A DNA stretch of 32,000 bases from an uncultured Clostridia bacterium. GTDB lineage: Bacteria; Bacillota; Clostridia; Oscillospirales; Acutalibacteraceae. Within the stretch, counting starts at the first letter, position 1; each line of letters opens with the position of its first letter. The notes beneath the pieces are model-generated. The model did not search any database. It had not been told where the DNA came from and was given only the letters and a program-made list of their open reading frames with translations. The stretch spans positions 56,984 through 88,983 of the forward strand of contig CALGRR010000004.1 of the NCBI GenBank assembly GCA_937880805.1, written 5' to 3'. The translations under genes were made by a program, and so were the position numbers. This document shows positions 25,885 through 32,000 of this stretch, one piece after another.

Positions 25885-27280
25885 CGTCATCCTCCATATC
25901 TTCATTGTTTTCTAAAAATCGTATTAAATTCCACCACTGCTCATGAGGAATATAGCTTAACCTCTTGTCCTCTTCAGGTTCTCGCCAAAAAGCAATAGGT
26001 TTATTTAATAAATATGCACCATATATTTCACGTCCGGTTTGATCACCAATATATTTGTCCTTATTGCTAACAAACAGCAAATCACATTCTCTGATTGCAG
26101 ATGCATGTTTTACATCGGTTGCATTCGTGGTTTTTGAAAGTTTCCCCTCTACTATTCGCGGGCTTAGTACGGTTGCACCCATTTCTGTCATTAGTCTGTG
26201 AGCTTCTATCATATATTCTGCACGTTTTCCCGTAGCACTTCCACTAATAACAACATTAAATATATATGCATTAACACTTCCGTGAATGCTCAATTCATCG
26301 GATGGTATAACAGTCTCTGTGCCTATACAATCGAATATTGCTTCTAAAATAATATGTCCGTTTTTAAAACCATACATTCGCTTTGCTACAGATGTGTCCT
26401 CATTATCACGATTAACATTTTCGATATAATTGCATTCAAACAAAAATTCCCTATTGGCTTGCTTGTAGTCTTCTATAGATAAACAATTACATCCATTTTT
26501 AAAAATCAACGGATATCCCTTGCTTTGCATAAATCTAAGTTCATCTTTAATAATAACAACACGCTTAGCTTCCACATCAATTAGATCATTTTTAATTTTA
26601 TCTTTAACAAAATTTTTAATGTCATTAATTGTTTTTTCATTCCATATTTCCGGAATTGAATGTCTAGTTATGAAATTTGCAACATCTTTCAGTGTTATTT
26701 TGAGAGTATACATTTTAAATTTGTTTTTGTGCTGTACTAAAATATCAACATACTGCGAACCGATGTTAACAATTGCTGTGTTACTCCCAATGTTTTTAAA
26801 AAGCCTTCTTAAATTTTCTTCAGTTTGTTTTTGCGACAAAATATTAAAATATAAACTTGTTTCATTATAAAATTCCATTATAAATTTATTTTTCTTTGCT
26901 TCATCTGAAAAAACATCTGAAAAACAAGCATCTGCAAATGCTTTTAAAAAGATTTGCTTTTGCCCTTTATTTATTTCAGGCAAAATTTCATTTTTTACAT
27001 GTTCGATAATCCCTTTAAGATATCTTGAATTTTTTGGATCTGAAATATCATAACTAATTACTTTCCGCTCTCTAAGTTCCTTTTTGTCCTTTAGAATTTC
27101 AAATAATCTGCAAGTAGTAACTCCAAAGTTTATAAAATATCCAATAATTGAATCACTATTTTTTTGTTGTAACAAAACATTATCATCAATATTTTGTGAT
27201 TTTTCATCAAGAAATGAATCTAGAGCTTTCGTATCAGCTAGAGTATTTTTAGCCAATTTGTCTCTTGTACCAACGTCCAT
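25877..27280 (-). CDS. Paralogous ASKHA + NDT/LOG-like fusion protein with degenerate ASKHA phosphate-binding motifs
   Basis: The ATG at 27280 lies 7 nt after GAAGGGA; the TTG at 27286 is an alternative. Collinear with the downstream paralog, but:
- phosphate-1 is FINFGVTTCRLF
- phosphate-2 is IVNIGSQYVDIL

The NDT-like part is kept: VVISGSATGK..VLSPR and CDLLFVSNKDKYIGDQTGREIYGAYLLNKPIAFW. Confidence 0.8.
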   Translation of the reverse strand: MDVGTRDKLAKNTLADTKALDSFLDEKSQNIDDNVLLQQKNSDSIIGYFINFGVTTCRLFEILKDKKELRERKVISYDISDPKNSRYLKGIIEHVKNEILPEINKGQKQIFLKAFADACFSDVFSDEAKKNKFIMEFYNETSLYFNILSQKQTEENLRRLFKNIGSNTAIVNIGSQYVDILVQHKNKFKMYTLKITLKDVANFITRHSIPEIWNEKTINDIKNFVKDKIKNDLIDVEAKRVVIIKDELRFMQSKGYPLIFKNGCNCLSIEDYKQANREFLFECNYIENVNRDNEDTSVAKRMYGFKNGHIILEAIFDCIGTETVIPSDELSIHGSVNAYIFNVVISGSATGKRAEYMIEAHRLMTEMGATVLSPRIVEGKLSKTTNATDVKHASAIRECDLLFVSNKDKYIGDQTGREIYGAYLLNKPIAFWREPEEDKRLSYIPHEQWWNLIRFLENNEDMEDDDE

Positions 27281-27365
27281 AGTCAATCCCTTCTTTCACT
27301 TGTTTTTATAACAAACCAATAATAATTTTATTTTCTTATTAAAATAATCATATCATTAAGAATAT

Positions 27366-27950
27366 TTATTGCATATCCAACGAAGAAGTTTCCGGTTCAA
27401 TACGTAAAAAGCTATTCAGATTTAAACAGTCTACTATTTCGTTTATTTTTTTAACTGAACCTGCATAAAAATCCCCTTCTGAAAGCATTTTTTGAGTGGT
27501 GAATTTTCCAACATACCATACCTGAGGGGAAGTCTTAATACCAGTTGTATCATACTTGAGTTGCATTGCTAACAATATATATGAAGCTATTAACTCGCAA
27601 GTAGAAACTTCAATATTATCATCAGTTTTTGCATAAATCATATTATGAATATAAACGATAAGTTTTACCGCATCGGCAGTTCCAGCACCAATCACCATAG
27701 AATTTATCTTCTCTTTAAGATTAGCAAATCCATCAATTTGCATTTCTGGATATGCCATCTTTTTACAAAGCATATCCACGAAATCCAACACATCTTTTTG
27801 TAATCCATATAAATCCGTCAATTGCTTTTCTGTCTTGAACTTTTGAAGACTTTGCAACGATTCTTTTTTGTTAAGCCCTATTGAAACGATAAATCCTAAA
27901 ACAGAAACTACTGAGGGAATTATTATAGTCAGATAATCTTTAAGTTCCAT
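27366..27950 (-). CDS. Hypothetical single-pass (1TM) membrane protein
   Basis: The ATG at 27950 lies 8 nt after the GGAG core of AAGGAGAG; the ATG at 27956 sits too close to the SD. N-terminal TM YLTIIIPSVVSVLGFIVSIGL, then about 165 aa of helical-looking sequence. No recognisable family. Confidence 0.7.
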   Translation of the reverse strand: MELKDYLTIIIPSVVSVLGFIVSIGLNKKESLQSLQKFKTEKQLTDLYGLQKDVLDFVDMLCKKMAYPEMQIDGFANLKEKINSMVIGAGTADAVKLIVYIHNMIYAKTDDNIEVSTCELIASYILLAMQLKYDTTGIKTSPQVWYVGKFTTQKMLSEGDFYAGSVKKINEIVDCLNLNSFLRIEPETSSLDMQ

Positions 27951-27994
27951 AAACATCTCTCCTTAAATTATTAATCAGTAACAAGTATGTATTT

Positions 27995-28023
27995 AATTTA
28001 TTATGCGTTTGGTAAAATTTCAA
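27995..28023 (-). promoter_or_regulatory. Candidate internal promoter for the 1TM gene, overlapped by a palindrome
   Basis: On the minus strand: TTGAAA (28023-28018), 17-nt spacer, TAAATT (28000-27995). The palindrome ATTTCAA-AAA-TTGAAAT (28017-28033) covers the -35. Confidence 0.35.
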
Positions 28024-28073
28024 AAATTGAAATGTATTTTTGACAAACAAATAAAACATTCCAAACGAGATAA

Positions 28074-28865
28074 TCATTCGTTCAAAAGTCTATCTACATT
28101 ATCTGATATATCACTTAACTCCTTTAGTTTTTTCAATAAGTTCGAATATTTTACTTTAAGAACGAAGTCGCCATTTTTTATTAAGAGTTTTCCTGTTAGT
28201 TGATCAACTTCAAAATATTTTTTCATAAAGCTATAAAAAACACGATGAATTTCTATGCCTTTAAGATTTTTGTTAAACGAATCAGAGATCGATTCTAAAT
28301 CACCGTATATACTGTAAATCAATTTGATTTCCGCATCTTCCATAACATGACAGAGTTTTGCAACATTATGTATCCAATCTTTATCTATTCTAACATTATA
28401 TGATTTTTGAAGTTGAGTATAGTAACTATATGGATTTTTTATCCCAAATATAGAACGATTATGTTTTTCCTCCGCTTTACAGAAGTTAACTTTTGACTCA
28501 TCAATTGCAAAATTAAAATCGTAATACACTATTGTTGCGCTTTCTTTTATTTCTTTTTGTTTGGATTTTTCTTCATGCTTCAACTGTGAATAATGAGCAC
28601 CTAAAACACCCAAAAAAGCACCTAAAAAGGCTCCTGAGAGTGCACCAAGTGTTTCAACATAAGTGCTTTTATATTCACTTGATTTTAAAGGAACTAGTAT
28701 TTTAGATAATAGATTATCTGCAAAGTCAACACGTAAGATAATTGGAGATATTGCCAACAAAATGATAAAAAGTAGGATTAAAAGCATAACAACAAATCCT
28801 GTGGTTTTTACAACAGAGAAAATCGTTATTGGTTTTAGGTGGTTCTTTTTTTGTGTTTTTTTCAT
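28074..28865 (-). CDS. Hypothetical two-pass (2TM) membrane protein with a glycine-zipper second helix and a ~150-aa C-terminal soluble domain
   Basis: Preferred start is the ATG at 28865 (MKKTQKK), 9 nt after GGAAGGA. The tracked start at 29000 runs through the conserved promoter block. TM1 is FVVMLLILLFIILLAISPIIL. TM2 is GALSGAFLGAFLGVLGA (GxxxGxxxGxxxGxxG). Confidence 0.7.
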   Translation of the reverse strand: MKKTQKKNHLKPITIFSVVKTTGFVVMLLILLFIILLAISPIILRVDFADNLLSKILVPLKSSEYKSTYVETLGALSGAFLGAFLGVLGAHYSQLKHEEKSKQKEIKESATIVYYDFNFAIDESKVNFCKAEEKHNRSIFGIKNPYSYYTQLQKSYNVRIDKDWIHNVAKLCHVMEDAEIKLIYSIYGDLESISDSFNKNLKGIEIHRVFYSFMKKYFEVDQLTGKLLIKNGDFVLKVKYSNLLKKLKELSDISDNVDRLLNE

Positions 28866-28905
28866 GTTTTTCATTCCTTCCATTTGATTACAATTTTTGT
28901 TCTTA

Positions 28906-28935
28906 TATATATGACAAAAATCGCAAAATGTTACG
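28906..28935 (-). repeat. Copy B of the 30-nt shared promoter/operator block, heading the minus-strand operon
   Basis: The reverse complement is 28/30 identical to 24062-24091. Distance from block to chosen start codon is 40 nt here and 39 nt at copy A. Confidence 0.85.
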
Positions 28936-29133
28936 CAAAGAAGTTTCAAACGATAAAAATTCTTCTTATTGTACAAAGTATAGACGATACAATTGTTCAT
29001 TTTGACGATATAAACTTAAATAAAATACTAATCTAATATATTTTGCAAAATAATTTTATCATAATCAATCGTTGAACCGTTCAAGTTGAAAATATTGATT
29101 GATTTTAAGAAAAAATGATTAATTAACCTGAAA

Positions 29134-29162
29134 GAAGTGTCGAGCAAATTGCCCGATACTTC
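29134..29162. other. Isolated GC-rich hairpin in a 560-nt AT-rich non-coding stretch
   Basis: GAAGTGTCGAGC / GCCCGATACTTC forms a 12-bp stem with 1 G-U pair and 1 mismatch, loop AAATT. Function unknown. Confidence 0.4.
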
Positions 29163-29568
29163 TTATCTTTATCGGTTTTAAGCTTAAACTGTATTCTTGT
29201 GTTGTATAACACTCATCATTAGAGATTTTCAATATTCATAAAAGTTTTATTGTTTTTTAACATTGTCACAACACAAACACTCTGTTATCGCCATCATACA
29301 CAAACTATGAACTACCATTAGATTTTTGAGAAATTCTTTTTTATGCTTCGTACACCTATGCCATGACAAATTTGGTAAGACTTCGAGGATATGAATTTGT
29401 TTTTTTTGTTTGGTTTTGTGTCACACGAATTTTAACTTTAATAATCACATAATGCTCATTTTTGTTTTAGATAAACAAATCTATCCATTTGTCTACAATT
29501 TTTTAATACTTTTTAAAACTTATTCGTTCTGTTATGATGAATTATAATAATTTTAAGGAGTGTCTCAT

Positions 29569-30501
29569 ATGCAAAATCTTTCAAAACTTATCCAACAATA
29601 TTTAGATTTTTGTGAAAACATGAAAGGTCTTAATTCTAAGTCAATCTCAGCATATAAAAAAGATCTAATGCAATTTGAAGAAATCAACAAAAGCAATGCC
29701 GATTGGTGTACCAAACAAACCGTCGAAGAATATATAAAGAATCTATATAAGAATTTTAAACCTAGAACTGCCAAAAGAAAAGTAGCTTCCTTAAAAGCTT
29801 TCTTTCATTATCTTGAAATAGAGGAACACATAAGTTCTAGCCCTTTTCACAAAATTAAATATAAACGGAAAGAAGCCGTTGTTTTACCTAGAGCAATACC
29901 TATTTCGGTAATATCCCAAATGTTTAATTTTATTTACAATTTAGAACAAGACGAAAACATATCTGACTACAAAAGGAAAAATCTTGTTCGAGATATAGCT
30001 GTTTTGGAAATGCTATTTGCTTCTGGATTAAGAATCGGGGAACTCTGTTCGCTAAAAAACACTAATATTAATTTGAAGGACAAAATATTAAAAGTGAATG
30101 GTAAAGGTTCTAGGGAAAGATATATACAAATAACAAATCAAAGTGTTTTAAAATCATTAAAAAAATATCAAAAAGTTTTCGCAAATGAAATTCAAAGTAC
30201 AGGTTACTTCTTTTGTAACAATCGCGGAAATAAGCTCTCTGAACAATCTGCGAGATTTATGATTTCCAAATATGCTCGTATGTGCAATGCAGGAATACAC
30301 ATAACTCCACATATGTTTCGACATACTGTAGCTACATTGCTTCTTGAAGAAGATGTAGATATAAGATACATACAAGAGTTGCTAGGACATAGTTCGATTA
30401 CTACCACACAGATTTACACCCATGTTAGTTTATCTGCTCAAAAAAGAATCTTAACACAGAAGCATCCTCGTAATAAAATCAAGGTAGAGCAAACAAAATA
30501 G
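29569..30501 (+). CDS. Tyrosine site-specific recombinase (XerC/XerD / phage-integrase family)
   Basis: The ATG at 29569 lies 8 nt after AAGGAG. N-terminal SAM-like core-binding domain (SISAYKKDLMQF). Catalytic signature: LRIGELCSL (Arg), HMFRHTVAT (HxxR), LGHSSITTTQIYTHV (His, Tyr). Confidence 0.9.
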   Translation: MQNLSKLIQQYLDFCENMKGLNSKSISAYKKDLMQFEEINKSNADWCTKQTVEEYIKNLYKNFKPRTAKRKVASLKAFFHYLEIEEHISSSPFHKIKYKRKEAVVLPRAIPISVISQMFNFIYNLEQDENISDYKRKNLVRDIAVLEMLFASGLRIGELCSLKNTNINLKDKILKVNGKGSRERYIQITNQSVLKSLKKYQKVFANEIQSTGYFFCNNRGNKLSEQSARFMISKYARMCNAGIHITPHMFRHTVATLLLEEDVDIRYIQELLGHSSITTTQIYTHVSLSAQKRILTQKHPRNKIKVEQTK

Positions 30502-30507
30502 CTTAAT

Positions 30508-30550
30508 AGTAGTCGATGCCACACAAATGTGACATCGGCTACTTTTCTTT
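30508..30550 (+). terminator. Terminator after the recombinase gene
   Basis: AGTAGTCGATGCCAC / GTGACATCGGCTACT forms a 15-bp stem (1 G-U pair, 1 mismatch), followed by TTTCTTT. Confidence 0.7.
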
Positions 30551-30683
30551 AAACGATAATATTAAATTATCTTACAAAAACTATTTATTATTGTAAAAAA
30601 TAAGTTTTATAAATTAAACTTATCTATGACCAAAACGGATAATAACATTAAAAATCTATTTTATAAGATTATGGAGGTATACA

Positions 30684-31676
30684 ATGAATATTGGAATTAC
30701 TTATGAAACCAGAGAGGATTTCTCATTTTCTTCTACGGATTGGAGATATGCAGATTTTCGGACTGCAGCTGGAATCACATATATAAAAAGACTATTTGAA
30801 CAACACGGACATCATGTAATTTTAATTGGGAGTTATAAAAAACTACTCAATTATTTATGCAACGAGGAATATTTGAAATTTGATATTGTTTTTAATGCAT
30901 CAGAAGGAATAAAAAGTAGAAATCGAGAAGGATGGGTTCCATCTTTACTGGAAATGTATGAAATTCCATATGTAGGAACAGATGCATATGGGTTAAGTTT
31001 GAGTCTAAATAAGATTCACACTAAAATAATTTGTAATTATTTAGATATTAAAACTCCAGATTTTTGCGAAATAAGAAATAAAAACGATATAAATCTATAT
31101 AGCAAAACTATCTCATTTCCTTGTGTGTTAAAACCTAGCTGCGAAGGTACAAGTAGCGGAGTGTTATTGATTGAAAATCCTATGGATTTTCAGGATAAGG
31201 CAACAGAACTCTTGGAAACTTATAATCAAACAATTATTTGTGAAAAATACATTGACGGAAGAGAACTAACAGTATCTCTTATTGGAAATGGTGAGCAACT
31301 TCGTTCCCTAGGAATTGTAGAAACTGTTCGTTGCAATGGTGAAAAAATTGGCATTTATGGCATAGAAGAAAAATTTAATGACGCATGTAAAAAACAGATT
31401 CCTTTATTGAGTGATGAAATAACATCACAATTGATTGAAGCATCCAAAAAAATTCATCGATATTTAGGTTGTTTGGATTATAGCCGTGCGGATTTTCGCT
31501 TGGGATTAGATGGACAAATCTACTTTTTGGAACTTAATCCTATTCCGGATCTTGCAATGGATAGTTCATATCCTATGTGCTGTGAATTGCAAGAAATACC
31601 CTTTGGTGACATATTGGAAGAAATTATTCAAAATGCAATAAAACGATACCCTAAACTTACAAAGGAGAAAAAATGA
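30684..31676 (+). CDS. D-alanine--D-alanine ligase-family ATP-grasp enzyme (substrates unknown)
   Basis: RBS GGAGG. Ddl-like blocks: PYVGTDAYGLSLSLNKIHTK, FPCVLKPSCEGTSSGV, and YSRADFRLGLDGQIYFLELNPIPDL. Confidence 0.85.
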   Translation: MNIGITYETREDFSFSSTDWRYADFRTAAGITYIKRLFEQHGHHVILIGSYKKLLNYLCNEEYLKFDIVFNASEGIKSRNREGWVPSLLEMYEIPYVGTDAYGLSLSLNKIHTKIICNYLDIKTPDFCEIRNKNDINLYSKTISFPCVLKPSCEGTSSGVLLIENPMDFQDKATELLETYNQTIICEKYIDGRELTVSLIGNGEQLRSLGIVETVRCNGEKIGIYGIEEKFNDACKKQIPLLSDEITSQLIEASKKIHRYLGCLDYSRADFRLGLDGQIYFLELNPIPDLAMDSSYPMCCELQEIPFGDILEEIIQNAIKRYPKLTKEKK

Positions 31677-32000
31677 ACGATATAACAAAAGATTGGAAAT
31701 GGCAACTATGCAATTGTGTTACAAATGTTGACCAACTTGCAAAACACCTTACACTTACTAAAGAACAGTTTAAATCTATTGAAACAGTTAGTAATTACTA
31801 TAAGATGCGTATTACTCCTTATTACCTTGGTTTAATTCAGTATCCATATGAAGATTCACCTATTTTTAAGCAAGCAATTCCAAGTATTTCAGAATTAACA
31901 ACTTTTGAAGAACTAGATATAGATCCCCTCTCTGAACAAAAATACATGCCAGTTCAATCATTAATCCATAAATATCCTGATAGAGTTGTGCTACTAGTTA
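31673..32000 (+). CDS. KamA-family radical-SAM aminomutase (lysine 2,3-aminomutase-like), N-terminal fragment running off the window
   Basis: Not in the ORF track (no stop within the window). The ATG at 31673 overlaps the ATP-grasp TGA as ATGA and follows AAGGAG.

My translation: MNDITKDWKWQLCNCVTNVDQLAKHLTLTKEQFKSIETVSNYYKMRITPYYLGLIQYPYEDSPIFKQAIPSISEL..DPLSEQKYMPVQSLIHKYPDRVVLLV. This matches the KamA N-terminal pattern (W.WQ, ITPYY, DP..E, HKYPDRVLLLV). Confidence 0.8.
   Translation, partial: MNDITKDWKWQLCNCVTNVDQLAKHLTLTKEQFKSIETVSNYYKMRITPYYLGLIQYPYEDSPIFKQAIPSISELTTFEELDIDPLSEQKYMPVQSLIHKYPDRVVLLV

Noticed and set aside
24062-28935. The 30-nt inverted copies as terminal inverted repeats of a transposon
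   Set aside because: No transposase lies between them and I saw no flanking target-site duplication. Similarity continues outward (GTTTGAAA) with an indel. Both copies sit at a fixed 39-40 nt from start codons, which fits duplicated promoter or operator regions better.
28866-29000. N-terminal 45-codon extension of the 2TM ORF (tracked start at 29000)
   Set aside because: The extension runs through the 30-nt block shared with the promoter of the 95-aa gene and translates to an implausible Cys/Asn/Tyr-rich peptide. An SD-like GGAAGGA precedes the internal ATG at 28865.
23960-30600. Direct repeats (TTATCTTA near 23966 and 30578) as attL/attR of an island carrying the recombinase
   Set aside because: An 8-nt AT-rich match is expected by chance in this composition, and there is no extended similarity.
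1-32000. CRISPR arrays, rRNA, tRNA and IS elements
   Set aside because: By visual inspection I found no regularly spaced direct repeats, no rRNA-like or cloverleaf segments, and no transposase-like ORF. This was not verified with tRNAscan, Infernal or ISfinder.

Overview
The window reads as a mosaic. Positions 1 to about 23975 (+ strand) are the transfer backbone of a Firmicutes/Clostridia conjugative element (ICE or plasmid) of the Tn1549 / C. difficile CTn-like type. In order it carries:
- a giant 5'-truncated polyvalent protein (two MutS-domain-I-like modules, an N6-adenine methyltransferase and an SNF2 helicase)
- DUF3848-like, DUF3991/Toprim primase-like and two DpnD/PcfM-like genes
- MobC, a relaxase, PcfB and an ArdC-like protein
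- the VirD4 coupling protein, Maff2, a VirB6-like protein, PrgI, VirB4 and an M23 cell-wall hydrolase

Three visibly AT-richer accessory patches interrupt or follow this backbone:
1. A three-gene orphan islet (7.7-9.2 kb), followed by a hairpin-dense GC-rich non-coding element (9285-9519).
2. A self-contained XRE-regulator cassette (promoter, operator, gene, terminator) that splits the T4SS operon (18.6-19.25 kb).
3. A cassette at 24.06-28.94 kb directly after the last T4SS gene, which I rate the most interesting region.

The third cassette holds a 2TM protein, a 1TM protein and two translationally coupled paralogous fusions of a Ppx/GppA-like ASKHA domain to a nucleoside-2-deoxyribosyltransferase/LOG-like domain, all on the minus strand. 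A convergent 95-aa gene faces them. The two transcription units are headed by the same 30-nt element (28/30 identical) in inverted orientation. I recognise no named system with this content and propose it as a candidate nucleotide-targeting defence or abortive-infection module.

Downstream lie a tyrosine recombinase, a Ddl-like ATP-grasp ligase and, ATGA-coupled to it, a KamA-family radical-SAM aminomutase that is open at the 3' window edge and absent from the ORF track.

I saw no rRNA, tRNA or CRISPR array. All domain calls come from motifs read by eye in the translations; no database search was possible.
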